Shown: positions 30,165-46,145, counted from the stretch's first letter. The stretch: 64,000 nucleotides of DNA from the human T2T-CHM13v2.0 reference genome, Homo sapiens (GCF_009914755.1 NC_060941.1), one strand, 5' to 3'. Notes: generated from the sequence alone by a model not told the origin. Translations and numbers: made by a program.

Positions 30165-30367
30165 TAGGGTGGCCAGATTTAACAAAACAAATACATAAGA
30201 AACAACAAAAACAGGATGCCCCAGTTTAATTTGAACTTTGGATATACAACAGATAATTTTAAGCATGTCCAAAATATTGCATAGGAACATATTTATATTA
30301 AAACTATTTGACGTTTATCTAAAATTTAAACTTAACTGGGTGTCCTATGTTTTACCTGGCAACCCTA
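30165..30367. mobile_element. MER53 palindromic non-autonomous DNA transposon
   Basis: Terminal inverted repeats TAGGGTGGCCAG...CTGGCAACCCTA with internal self-complementarity. Confidence 0.8.
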
Positions 30368-30570
30368 GCTGGATCTAGGGCTGTGCACCTCTGGCTTGAT
30401 TGGGAAGGTTCTTGGGACACTTTTTTTCTGCAGCTTTGGTTGCAGATGGTGGTCACTGTGCTTTGGCCCTCCAGCTGTGACTACTAACACACACCCCTGC
30501 CAAGCCGGGGGTGCTGCTTGGTCGCGGGAGAAGAATGACCACCCGGAGCTTCTGCTTTCACCTTGCTCTC

Positions 30571-30589
30571 TGGTGCCCTCTCGTGGCGG
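30571..30589 (-). promoter_or_regulatory. Candidate CTCF binding site
   Basis: Minus strand CCGCCACGAGAGGGCACCA resembles the CTCF core CCASYAGRKGGCRS (one mismatch) and lies in a locally CpG-rich patch. Confidence 0.55.
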
Positions 30590-31726
30590 AAGATTCAAGT
30601 GCCGCTGATAGAGACGGTGCGCTCACTTTGCCCACTACTGCTAGGAGTTTGGAGGATGGGACGGGAGTGACCGTGGCTTTCAATCCGCACAGCCAGTGCA
30701 GCCTTCTGCCTTAGTCAGCACACGAGAAGCCCAGAAAAAGATAGCGCGGTCCCCTGCTAATCTGGGACGACTGCCTCTAAAGGAGGAAGGTGGGTGGGTC
30801 TCAGGATCGCAGTGGATGTGGTGGCAGCAGCAGCAGTTGCAGAGATAGGATGATGTGTGAGAAGCCTGAGCCCTGAGTTCAGACTGTAGATTCTTCTGAA
30901 AAGGTTCCAAAGAAACCTGTAAGCACTGAACTGTTGGTTGAGGCATGGCTGGTGACTCTTAGGGAGAGGAGGGGACGACACTGTCGCCCCCCACCATCCT
31001 CCTCCACCTAATTCAGCCACCCTGAATGCCTCCGGGTCAGCATACACCAGAGGGGCGTGGAATGTCCACAATTAGCGAGTCAGGCCAGTTTCCTTCCCCT
31101 GCTGGTCTGGTCAAGATGATGATGAAACTTGAGAGCGACTCATGCAAGGGGACAGAGTGGTGAAGAACCCTGCTGGCAGTAGGGGCATCAATGACTAATG
31201 GAGCTATTAAATCATAAGTAGGGAGAAGCTGCTGTCTTTTTAACATCAAGGCAAACACGGTGTGCCTACCATGTGCCATGCATTATCTAATCTAGACCCT
31301 AGAACAATAGCTATGATGCAGCTACCATTATGACCACCATTCCACAGACAAGGGGAAACAGAGGCTCAGATGAGATAAATTTGCACCCAGCTCAGTGTGA
31401 CTCCACATGTACGCTTACTCACTGTACTTTGCCAAGGGGTTGTTGTTATGGTCATCTGGCCTGGGACCCATGACCCATCCATCTTTCTTTTTTTTAAATT
31501 TATTTTTTGTAAGACAAATTAAAAATTTTATTTATTTTTATTTGTACAACTAATGGGGTACCTGTGTGATTCTGTTACACATATAGATTGTATAGTGGTC
31601 AAGACAGGGCTTTTAAAGTATCCCTCATCTGAGTAATGTACACTGTCCCCATTAAGTAATTTTTCATTGTCCACCCCCCTCATACCCTGCATTGTTCTGA
31701 ATCTCCATTGTCTATTATTCCAGTCC

Positions 31727-32007
31727 TTTTTTTTTGAGATGGAGTCTCACTCTGTCACCCAAGCTGGAGTGCAGTGGTGCGATTTCAGCTCACTGCAACC
31801 TCTGCCTCCGAGGCTCAAGAGATTCTCGTGCCTCAGCTTCCTGAGTATAGGTGCCCACCACCGCACCTGGCTAATTTTTGTATTTTTAGTAGAGATGGGG
31901 TTTCACCATGTTGACCAGGCGGGTCTTGAACTCCTGACCTTGTGTAATTTGCCCACCTTGGCCTCCCAAAGTGCTGAGATTACAGGCATGAGCTACTGTG
32001 CCCGGCC
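31727..32007 (-). mobile_element. Alu
   Basis: Reverse Alu; TSD approximately CTATTATTCCA. Confidence 0.93.
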
Positions 32008-32649
32008 CCTATTATTCCAATCTTTATGTCCATGTGTACACATTTTTTCACACCCACTTAGGAGTGAGAACATGTGACATTTGACTTTCTGTCCCTGGCA
32101 TTTTTGACTTAAGATAATGACCTCCAATTCCAACCATGTTGCTGCAAAAGACATGATTTCATTCTTTTTTTAGGGCTGAATAGTATGCCATTGTGTATAT
32201 ACATCAAATTCTCTTTTTCCATTCATCCATTACACTTAGGTTGGTTCCATATCTTTGCTATTGTGAATAGTGCTTTGATAAACATGAATGCAGGTGTCTT
32301 TTTGACATAATGGTTTCTTTTCCTCTGGGTAGATACCCAGTAGAAGGATTGCTAAATTGAATGGTAGTTCTACTTTTAGTTCTTTGATAAATCGCCATAC
32401 TATTTTCCACAGATATGTTAATTTACACTCCCACTAACAGTGTATAAGAGTTCCCTTTTTTCTGCATCATCACCAACATTTGTTGTTTATTGCCTTTTTA
32501 ATAACAGATATTCTGATTGGGGTGAGATGATATTTCATTGTGGTTTAAATTTGCATTTCTCTATAATCAGTGATGTTGAACATTTTTCATGTAACTGTTG
32601 ACCATTTATATATCTTCTTTAAAAATGACTATTTATGTCCTTTGCCCAC

Positions 32650-32945
32650 TTTTTTTTTTTTTTTGAGAAAGGGTCTTGCTTTGTTGCCCACGCTGGAGTG
32701 CAGTGGTTTGATCATGGCTCATGGTAGCCTTGACCTCCTGGGCTCAAGCAATTCTCCCACCTCAGCCTCCTGAGTAGCTGAGACTACAGGCATATGCCAC
32801 CACACCTGGCTAATTTTTGTTTTTTTATAGAGACAAGGTTTCACTCTTTTGCCCAGGTTGGTCTCGAACCCTGGAACTTAAGCAATCCTCCTGCCTTGAC
32901 CTCTCAAAGTGCTGGGATTTTAGGCATGAGCCACCATGCCTGGCT
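32650..32945 (-). mobile_element. Alu (AluJ-like)
   Basis: Reverse Alu; TSD approximately TTGCCCACTTTT. Confidence 0.92.
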
Positions 32946-34789
32946 TGCCCACTTTTTAATGGGATTGTTTCTGTCGTTGAGTTGTTTGAGTTCTTTGTAT
33001 ATGCTACATATGAGTCCCCTGTTGAATGAATAGTTTGCAAATATTTTCTCCCATTCTACAAGTTGTTTATTCTGTTGATTATTTCTTTTCCCGTGCAGGA
33101 TCTTTTTAGTTTAAGTCCCATTTGTCTATTTTTCATTTTGTTGCCTGTGTTTTTGAGGTCTTAGTCATAAATTATTTACCTAGACTAATGTTCAGGAGAG
33201 TTTTCTCTAGGTTTCCTTCTAGTATTTTTATAGTTGTGAGTCTTACATTTAAGTCTTTAATCCATCTTGAATTGATTTTTGTATATGATGAGAGACAGGG
33301 GTCGTTTCATTCTTCTGCACATGGCAGAAGTTTTCCCAGCACCATTTGTTGAAAAAAGCGTCTTTTCCCCAACGTATGTTCTTGTCAGTTTTGTCAAAAA
33401 TCGGTTGGCTGTAAATATGTGGCCTTATTTCTGAGTTCTCCACCCTGTTCCACTGATCTGTGAGTCTGTTTTTTATACCAGTACCATGTTGTTTCGGCTA
33501 CTATAGCCTTGTAATATAATTTGAAATCAGATAATGTGATGCCTCTGGCTTTGTTCTTTTTGCTTAGGATTGCTTTGGCTATTTGGGCCCTTTTTTAGTT
33601 TCATATAAATTTTAGGATTTTTTTTCTAATTCTCTGGAAAATGATGTTGGTATTTTGATAGGGATTGCATTGAATCTGTAGATTGCTTTGGGAAGTATGG
33701 TCGTTTTAATGATATTAATTCTTCCAGTCCATGGTCCAACCATCCATCTTTGAAGGATTCGTGCCTTCTACTTCAACTTCAGACTTCTGTTGCCTGCCTG
33801 GCCTGGTTGCTTCACTGGGTCCCATTCAGCTTGTCTGGGAGAGGAGCCCAGGAATAGGTGTAGTGAAGCTCTTGGAACCAAAGAGAACATTGTTAAAGGA
33901 TTTGGGGGCTGTGAGCAGTGATGATGGCCACAGTCTCTTCAAGATGGGGCTGGACTGGGATCAGGCCTGGACAAGGGACCCTGAAGGCCTGGGCTGGGTG
34001 GTTGACCAGGAGCAGGTGAAGACGGAGCTGGAGAAGGAGTATTTAGGGAAGAGGGCCCTGATCAAAGCCAGGGAGGCCTCCCTTGTTATGAGGGCTACAG
34101 AGTGTGCAGGCCCATCTGAATGTAGAGGCCAGGGGAGCCTCTATGTTCAGAGCTCAGCTCCTGAAGGACATGCTCAGGTTGGTGAGAGTAACCAGGCCAT
34201 GTCCTTGTATCTCTCTCCTTCCACGTCGCTCACCCCACTTACCATGGGCCATTAAGTCTTACCTCTTTTACTTTCTTTATATCTCTAGAAACTCTCCCTC
34301 CTTTCTATCCACATGCAGCTGCTTTAAATCAAGTCCTCATCACCTCTTCCCAAGGACGATTGCAATGGCTTCCTAAGAGTGTTCGTGTCTCTAACCTTGG
34401 TCCTTGCAACTCCACCTCCTCCCTCAGAGTGAGCTTTCTATCTTGTTTCTGCCTTGCATCCTAGGCCCAATAGCTTTTCTTATCTTATAGGGTTAAAGTT
34501 CAAGTTCCTTGGGTTGGTATACAAGGTCTTTCATGACCAAGACTCAGCTGACTGCTACAGATTCAACTCTCACCTGTTCGGAAACTTTTGCTCTAGCTAG
34601 TTTGTGTCCTTGGCGGTTAGTTTCCTGAGGGTAGCATGCTGCTTCACGCCTTTCATTATCACCGATCATTCTTCTCCCATTCATTACACTCTGTCCCTTG
34701 AATGCAACAAGCTGTTTGCACCACAGGGTCTCTGTACCTCTCTCTTGTCTTCCTGGAATTTTATTTCTTCAGATCTTTGTTTTGTTTTG

Positions 34790-35331
34790 TTTTTTTGAAT
34801 TTCAAGCTGTAAGTTTTTTTATTACAGAAAAAATTTTGGTGCCATGTGTTTGTGGTATCGAGTGAGTAGAATACAAAGATAACCAAAGGTAACCAGTGTT
34901 AACCCAGGGCTCACTTGTTCACACTTTAAATTTCCAGTTTCTTAAATAGATTTAATTTTTGGCGTTAGACTCCTATCCTAGCTGTTTGATTGCTTGATAC
35001 ATAATTAAAACCAAACATGTCTAAAGCCACACTCCATCCTCCTGAAACAATATCCTTACCTTACTTATGTTAATTTTAGTATTCTTCTTCCAGTCACTCA
35101 AATTTGAAAATACTGTCATCTTTGACTTTTTCCTCTCCATTTGCCACAGCCATCCTATAAGGTCTCTGTAATATCTTCAACTTCCACCGCCCTTTCAGAT
35201 CTTGTTGCTTCCAGTCAAGTTTGAACTGTGCCTCTCACATAGTATTCTTTTTTTTTTAATTATACTTTAAGTTCTAGGGTACATGTGCACAACGTGCAGG
35301 TTTCTTACATATGTATGCATGTATACATGTG
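34790..35331 (-). mobile_element. Severely 5'-truncated L1PA (about 84 bp, 35248-35331) carrying a probable 450-bp 3' transduction (34797-35247)
   Basis: On -: L1 3' end, A10, non-L1 sequence, AATAAA (TTTATT at 34818-34823), then an A-tail about 20 nt later. The unit splits the T-tail of a truncated Alu (35332-35470). Confidence 0.7.
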
Positions 35332-37024
35332 TTTTGGTTTTTTGAGATAGGGTCTCACTCTGTTGCCCAGGCTGGAGTACAGTGGTGCGATCATAGCTCA
35401 CTGCAGCCTCCTGAGTAGCTGGGACTACAGGTGGACGCCACCACACCCAACTAATACTTTGATATTTTTGTGGAAATGCATTTCCTCAGACCTTTGGGTG
35501 ACGCTCCCTTTTTCTTCAGTCAGGTCTTGTCTCAGTTTCACCTCCTCAAAGTGACTTCTCTGATTGCTGTAGCTGAAGGAGTCTTTCCCCTCTTTGTCAC
35601 TATCTTGGCACTACAGCATGCTCCATTATCTGAAATTATTCCATGCACCTCTGAATTTATGTATATCCCCTTTTCACTTGCCTATGCTAGATTGTAAGCA
35701 CCATGGGGGCAGAAAATTTGTTCGTTCCTTATATGTCTACCACCTAGAATAGTACCTGGCACATTATACTCAATAAAAAAAAAAGAACCTGTTGAATGCA
35801 TGATTGATGCATGAATGAATGAATGGTAGGCACTCAGCTAATGTTTGCAGAATCAGTGAGTGAATGGGGCTTGATACCATCTAATATGCAACAATTGATT
35901 CAATGATATTACTTAATCACTACCTATGTGCCAGACCCTAGGCATCTCTCCAGATGGACCCACTGCCACCCCCTGCCCCATGCCCCCGGGGATCCCTCTC
36001 TTGGGGAGACTCTCTATCCCTCAGCCAGGTAACCACCCTGGCTGCTTTTCATACAAGTCCTGCCTGCCTCCTTCTTGCCCATATGTGGTGTAGAGGGAGC
36101 TCAGCATGGTTTGGGCAGTTTGGCAGAGGTGGAGCAATGGGGTTTTCTCCTTTTTCCTAGCCACCTGACCTTGGGAAAGTCACTCCACCTCTCAGAGCTC
36201 AGTGTTCCTCATGGGCAAGAGGAGCAAATGAAGGCCACCTTGGAATATTGTATCAATTGCACCTGTAATCTATCATCGTAATCCATAATATAGAGCAGCG
36301 ACGCGCCCAGCATAGTGCCTGGCACAGAGTGGGGCTTCAGAAATGCTGGCTCATCTGGTTTTCCTGAGCTCTGGGGGTAGCAAGTTCCAACCTACCTGGG
36401 GAGGAATGGGTGGGAACAGGACATGCCTGCCCCAGTGACCAGGGCTTCCTTAGGAGACCTGTACTGTGTCCTTCTCATTGTTTGCTAAGAAGAGAAAGAG
36501 AAAGGGGAAGGTGTGAGGAGGAGAAGGAGGAGAAGGGGAATGGTTTGGGAAAAGTAGTAGACAGTCCTATGGAAAGTAGGGGAGAATTCAATGAATTTTT
36601 GTTACTTTTCGTAAGTCTCCCCCTTCTTGGATTAGTTTGGCTGCAGGAGACAGATTTAAAATGGGCTTTTCTATATCTTTTGTGCTAAGGGTGGATTGAA
36701 TGTTCCTGGGGATGATTGGCTTGCTAAGGTGCTGTCCCTTCTCTACCTGTAGGTACAGGTGAGGGTGGCAGAGGCCCCTGGCAGCTGAAGGAGGCTTTGC
36801 GGGGTGCTCTTTCTGTGTGGTCCATGCCCTCAGCTGGGTATGGTGGTTTTTCTCCACTCTGAGCACTGGCCTGAAGCTTCTAGGGTAGGGAAACTGTGGG
36901 AGGTGGGCCAGTCAGAGGGCACCCAGAATTTCCTGGACCCCATCACCTCTGTGCCTATGGCAGACATTGCAAACTGAGTACAAGCCTTTGTCTTTACTGA
37001 GCTGGCATGTGTCCAGGAATCTTT

Positions 37025-37310
<286 letters not shown>

Positions 37311-37673
37311 AAGGAATCTTTCTTGACAGTTCAATGGTAGTCACTCTCGATGGAGTTGGCATGTAGAATGGGACCTCTTTATCATCTCTGACCTACCCTA
37401 TGTTGGCCATCACAGCAGCACAGCATCCGGAGGAGATTGAGATGGTCATCCCCATTTTTAGGAGGAAACTGAACCTCAGAGAAGTTCTAGAGCTTGCCCA
37501 AGGAAGCACAGTTGGCCGGAGCTGGGACTTGGATGGGGCTGCCAGGTTGCCAAGGCCATGCTTCATCCTCAGCTGTCCCAGCTGCCATAGCTGCACTAGC
37601 ACTTGGACTCTCAGCAGGCTGCCCCCTGGAGTGGGAAGGCACAGTTGAGGGGTGGGGGGCAGTGGAGAGATAG

Positions 37674-38691
<1,018 letters not shown>

Positions 38692-39728
38692 CAGGTGTTT
38701 CTGTACATGCCTGTTGCCCACCTCTGCCCACCTAGACTGTGTCTTCTTGATATATGAATTCCCAGTACCTAACTCAGTGCCTGGCACATAGTGAGCACAC
38801 AGAAAATGCTTGTGGAGTGATGGGGTCAGGGCAGAGACTCCAGCATGGTACTGGGAAGTTTCCCTCCGGGAGGCTGGTTGAGCTGGGTGTGCTTTGGTGC
38901 CCACCAATCACTTTGTATTGGGCCTATTTTAACTCAGATAGAACTGCTTTTGTAAAGAAGCCACAAAAGGCAGAATTACACTAAAGACAAATGGCCTATA
39001 ATGGTGATAAGTTTGCCACTTCCTTCAGAGGCATGGGGGAGAGAACAGCTTCAAGGAGGCAAAAAATCCAAATTCTCCAACCCAAAGCATCACTCACAGT
39101 CATTATCAGGGGGCGGATTTTCTTTTCAACAAAAAGCAAAACACCATTGTGGCCTTGCTCAGAAACAAATGAGATGTCAGCAGTGGGGCATGTTTGGAGG
39201 CTCAGTGGCAGCCAGCGAACATTATGCATGCATTCCCGGGTGCAGGGCATGCAGGGGGCATGTTCTTGAAGAACCAGGCCATGGGGGTGTCTGCAAAGTG
39301 GACGTTATGGTTGCTTCTTATGTACACAGGTCTTTTCCTTCAGCCCTCGAAATCTCCACATGCATAAAATAATTTTATGAAATCACGTTTCCAAGTTTTT
39401 CTGTTCATATTCATTTTCTGCTCGTTCATTCATTTTGCCATCTGTGAGAACGCACAAGCTGCAGCAGGTGCCAAAGGTTTAAAAAAATTATGGGAGAAAA
39501 CAACACTGATCAAATGCTATCTATCCTTTTATTTTTTCTTCTTTCTGTAAATTGAAAAATGACAGTCATTATGTGATTTTAGGAGAAGAAATGTTGGTTG
39601 CATTTTGTGGTACTGTGGCGTTCTTTTGGAGGATTGTTTAGCACTTTCTCGATCAGGGTGACTTTGCCTAGCATGGGTGGACCCCTAGAGGATCACAGAT
39701 GGGCTCTGGGGATCCATAACCCTCCTGA

Positions 39729-39962
<234 letters not shown>

Positions 39963-40392
39963 TGACCATGTGCAATTTTGGGGGGAGAGAATTTACAGCT
40001 TCATCTTATTTTTAAGAGTCAGTGATCCAAACAAGATTAAACATCAATGTTCTACGGGAAGAAAAGAGAAAAGAAGAAAAGATAGAAAGTGTTTTATACA
40101 CTTAAACTTATTTAATCCTCATAATAAGCCTGAAAACTAAGCATCAGCATTTCTGTTTTATAGATGGAGAAATGGGGGCTCTGAGCAGTCAATTAAATAT
40201 TTGCTTAGATGCCTGACATTCACTTACAACTTCAACTCATAGACTGTTAGAGTCGGGAGGCACCAAAGGGATTATCTGTCCATTTTCATCTCCTTCCCTT
40301 TTGTAGAGGAGGAAACTGAGACCCATAGAAGTGAAGTGAACTGGGCCTAAAGTCATGTGGTCAGTTTGCAGCAGAAACAGATTAGAAACTCA

Positions 40393-40758
<366 letters not shown>

Positions 40759-43060
40759 TTATTCTTGAAAAACAAGTGAGTACTGGTTTCATCAAATGTT
40801 AAATTGAATTAGTAAGAGATTCTCCTCCTTCCACCTGTCCTCAAGCAGGGTTGGGTCCTATAGTCCTGTTTCATGTCCCCATGAACCTCATGCCCCCTAG
40901 AATAACCTGTTAGCCTTAGGAATACATAAATGCTGCACAAAAAGATCCCATGTGCTAAGAGGCTAAGAATCTCCAATGAGTGGGGAGAAAGGCATTAGCT
41001 CAAGAAATCAACCCTTGGTTTGGGAAATGTCTTCATAGCCTCTTGGGGAGCAAAGGAAAGAGCTTGAAGGACTTTAGCCGTGACACTCCTCTCAGCATGG
41101 TGGCCAGGCCCTTCATCCTTCAGCACCTGCCTACCTCTCATGCCCCTTCATGTCTTTGCTTGGGTTCTCCCGGACCTGTGTGCAATCCCCTGGGCTGTGC
41201 CTCCTCCAGCCTCCTGGGCTTCCCATACGCTGCTCTCTCACTTCCCTTCAACTGGAAAACCCAGATTCATCTTTTGCAGTCTTCTGTTTACTTGTCAGTA
41301 TTCCTTGCTCAGATTAGAAATTCCTTGCCTCACTGCAAGTGCCCAGCAAGGTAGCAGTCAATCATACAAGGGCATGGCAGATGCACCTGGGCCCTTCCTG
41401 CATTTGCCCCTTCTTTCTTCCCCTGCTGCCTTCCCTATTATGCCAGAGAGCTTGTTCTGTGCAGCGGAGGGTCTGCCCTGGCTGTGTGCGGGTCAGGGTT
41501 GGCTGCATTCTCTCCCGCTGCTTTAGCAGTTCCTTGCCCTCTCTGAGCCCGCTTTTCTTTGTCACATGGGAGTTGATTCATTGGGATCTTATGGAGGCCT
41601 TCAGCCCCGTTCAGGGTTTGGTTCTCAAAATTGAATAAAAATCTCTGAGCTTGTGGAGGAAGAGGTTTCCTTTGGGCCTGTGGGCTCAGGTGGGCTGTGC
41701 TGAGCTTTACCTGAGGGAACACATTACCCACCAGGATCACACCTGTGGGCAGGGCCTGCCTGCGACGTCCTCCTTCCCAGCTCACCAAGAGCCATTCTCC
41801 AGAGACCCTCTGTCTCCCCCTCATCAGTGCTTGTGGCTCCGCAAGCTTCTCACTAGCAGCGTTCATGGTGAAAACTCTCACAAAAATAGCTTCAAGCTGG
41901 AACGAGGAAAATAAAATAACTCCGGCCTGTCCCTGCCAAAAACAAGAAAACAGTGTGCGAGCAACTAGCCCAGTCCTCTGGCAATGGATGCTCACAGCGA
42001 GGCTCAATCATTTCACTCTCTTCAGCTGCTGTACATCCCCAAGATCCCGTGTCTGGGGTCATGTGCCATTAATTAATTAACTAATTAATTGATTGATCCA
42101 ATCCTCTGAAGTCACTGAGAATTCAACCTTGTGGTTTGGACTTGTGATTGCTCCAAACTCCTAGCCTTGGTGTCATCTTTTGGGTCACTCCTGAAAATGG
42201 GACAACTCCCTGAGTCTCCCTTCTCCACCAGACTTCCCCAGGTCCACACTAAGGAAATGATTGCACAAATAGCTACTTGTTTGATGGGAGGATCATAAAA
42301 ACACTCCCCTACCCACTGGAATTTAGACTGTGTCTTTTGTTAACAGCCAATTAATAATAATCAGTAGCTGCCTATTGATTTGCTCTCTTGAATTTCCTTT
42401 TTTTTTTCTTTAAACAGGTAAAGAATGTAGACCTGGTTTAAGCCGGACAAAGCCAGAATCCTCAAATCCATATGGGTGCAGACATCTGTGAGCCCTGAAG
42501 CAATCCAAATGCATCTAAATATTCTTTGCTCTATCACAAATGGATCTAATTTTTTTTTCTGAAAAGGAAGCCAGAAATCCAACGAAGCAGTTCAAATTGT
42601 AATTTAAGCTATAGATTTTTAAAAAATTTAAGAAGCTGCTAAACTGGAACGAGGCAGAAGCATCAGAGAGACTCCCGACTAATTGAACAGTCATTTCATT
42701 TGGTTCCTGTCCCTGGTAGGAGCGGTCCAAGGCTAACCTCTGGATCCCTGTTCTTCTGTATCTGACAGTGTAGATACCAGCAGGGCATTTTCCAGCCTGA
42801 TGTAGTCGTGGGTGAGTTTGTCTCAGTGGAGGGACTTTCACACTCTGGCCAAGTCTGGAAAACTGATCACTGTCAGTCCTTCTTGTTTAAAGTGAGTCAC
42901 CTTGGTGGGTCTACAAATGGAATTGTGAACCTGGGAGTTTAGGGGTATAGCTTCGGCACTGCCATTAACTCACTGTGTGACCCTAGGCCAGGCCCTCCTC
43001 TCCTCTTGAGAGTCTGCTCAATTGGAAAATGAGGACATTAAGCTACCTGATCCAGCAGGC

Positions 43061-43881
<821 letters not shown>

Positions 43882-45159
43882 AGACCCTTTCTGGCAACTT
43901 TACACTCTCTAAGAATAAAAGCTAGCTTAGCTAACAGCTGGCAGCCCCATCTGGGAGAATGCTTGGGAGGAGGCATCACAGGGGTGCTCTGTCCCAGCTG
44001 CCTTCTACAGTCCCCAGGACTGCCAGCTCCTGGCCATGCTTGGGCGTGAGCATCCCACTGGGCAGGGGAGGCAGTGCTGTTATGGCACTTTGAGTCTCAG
44101 GAGATCATCTGGTCCTGCATCTTCCCTTCACACAGGTAAGGTATTATCTTCATCCAAAAATTGAGGGAGCTGTGCCCAGAGATGTGCATGGTCTCACCCA
44201 CTGTCACACAGCTACTGAGAGAAGAACGCTGTGGGGCCAGGGCTCATAACTCCTGGTGGGAGACTCTTCCATTTGTCACACTGGGCAAGTAACTTTTCCT
44301 TGTGTTAGCGGGTCATGAAGGAGAGACAGACAGATAGGGAGGTTGGATGGCAGAACAGGACTGGAACCCTGAACCCCTGGTCTAGCCAGTGCTTTCTGAG
44401 CACCTGTGCTTGAGGGGAAAGGTACAGCCACATTAGGCCTTTCTTCACTGCTTGAGGAGAGACTTTGAGGGGGGAGTGGTGGGGGCCGGGAGGGAAAGTG
44501 AAAGATTAGGCTAAAGGAACTGCTGCTATGGAACCAGCATGGTGCTAAGGATGAGGATTCTGCCTGATCAGGAAGTTCTCTCTCACACCTGGAGGCTGAA
44601 AAGGGCATGCCCTGTGTCCGTAACACCAAAAGGCACCTCCCAACCTCTCATTCCACCTCTAAGAACTCATGGGGAGCAAGGCAGAGTGCCAGTGTGGCTT
44701 CTGGGGGGACAAGGCAGGTCAGTTTGCTGGGGGTGGGGAGGCCAGGAAGGCTCGTGTGTGGGAGGGAGGCCATGCTGGGGCCTGTGTCCAGCCCAAATTC
44801 ACCGATGGGGTCAGGAGGGGTCAGGGTAGCAGACAGATCACAGGGGGACACAAAGGCCTTCTTGATAGTTTCCATGTCTGAGCAGCATTCTCCAGGCCAC
44901 GTGCCTGTGGGTCCAGGGCAGCCTCCTTCAGAACGCGGGCTGTGACTCATCAGTGGGACTTGAAGACATTTACAAAGTTGTGAGCAATCTTTAAAAAATT
45001 TTAGAATAAACATATAGAGTATGCACATTTTGTAAAAGTAAGTGTTGTTGCGTAAAACTTTACATATACACAGTCTGCAGTTTTGACCTGGCAGGTCCGA
45101 CCCTTTCCTAGGCCCCGGAGGGAGAGAGACTCGGATGTGGAGAAAAGGCAGAAATAACT

Positions 45160-46043
45160 CAGCCATTTCCACAAGACCAGCTTTTAATATGACTGTGATT
45201 TGAAGCACGAATAAATAAATGCCAAAGAAAATGGAAAAACCAAAGCAAACCTCAGAACATCAAAACTAAAATAAAAAAGCATAAAATGAAGCAAAACAAA
45301 ACAAATCTCCATCGGACAAACATAAAAGCCCCCCTACCCCAGATAAAAAGAATCAGACTGTACAAGCTGTGTCACAGGGAGAGAAGAACGACATGGGCAC
45401 CATGGGTGAACACAGGCGTCCCCCACCCGCTGGCTGCTGTGCCGCCGTCACAGGCACTGGGGGGGAGGGAGGTTGGCGCGGGTCACCTTTGGCGCCGAAG
45501 CCCCGTGGGCAGCTTGGGGAAAAGGGGGTTTTTGGGCAGGTTAAGAACTTTCACAAACGACACAAGAACTGAATGTAGCAGAGAGTCCCATGGGTTCCCT
45601 CTTGATTGTGCAGTTCTGATTCCAGGGTGGCCTCATGGTGACTTTGGACCTGGAATCTGGTCCCACTGCACGGGCAGCAGTGTGGACACTGGAAACCGCG
45701 TGGAGGAGTGTCATGTACAAGACAGACGTGGAGGTGGCGCCATAAGAAGTCTGAGCATGCAGGTGCTTTATACATCTGGCAGTGAGATGTGATGGCAGGT
45801 TCGTTCTTGGACAGTTCCAGAGTGTGACTCATCTCTCCTAAGAGGGACGCACGGCGGGGCCCAAGGATGCGTCGTGTTGGACGTGGCCGGAGCGAGGTCT
45901 AGGCAGCTAGTCTGCAATGTGTGCATAGGGGGCTCTTGCTTCTTTCCAGCACTGGGGCCATCCCACCTGAGCTTGCTGTTCCTTGTCCTGGGTCTTGGGC
46001 CTCAAGGTCTGTTTGGAGGGAGTGCTGGGTGACTCGAGGGGTG
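45160..46043 (-). other. ASIC2: ASIC2 3' UTR (lower boundary approximate)
   Basis: Repeat-free sequence between the stop codon and the poly(A) signal. Confidence 0.7.
45183..45188 (-). terminator. ASIC2: Probable ASIC2 polyadenylation signal ATTAAA
   Basis: TTTAAT on + at the end of a U-rich 3' UTR, about 860 nt after the stop codon. Confidence 0.65.
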
Positions 46044-46145
46044 TCAGCAGGCAATCTCCTCCAAGGTCCCCAGGGTCGTCTGCAGGGGCACGTTCACAGT
46101 GTGACTGATGGTTTCAGAGTGGTTTGGCATTGTGTCACAAGTACT
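46044..46145 (-). CDS. ASIC2: ASIC2 last coding exon (STCDTMPNHSETISHTVNVPLQTTLGTLEEIAC*)
   Basis: CCAG acceptor; TGA at 46046-46044; C-terminal EIAC PDZ ligand typical of ASIC2. Confidence 0.96.
   Translation of the reverse strand, partial: STCDTMPNHSETISHTVNVPLQTTLGTLEEIAC

Larger units (their letters stand above)
31487..33730 (-). mobile_element. Older L1 (L1MA/L1PB-type) 3' portion, interrupted by two Alus
   Basis: Reverse L1 3' UTR and ORF2 remnant (33249-33443: [19 protein letters not shown]). Confidence 0.88.

Noticed and set aside
33731-34255. 174-aa ORF next to the L1 truncation point
   Set aside because: No recognisable homology, poly(A) tail or TSD to support a retrogene; length is compatible with chance in GC-moderate DNA
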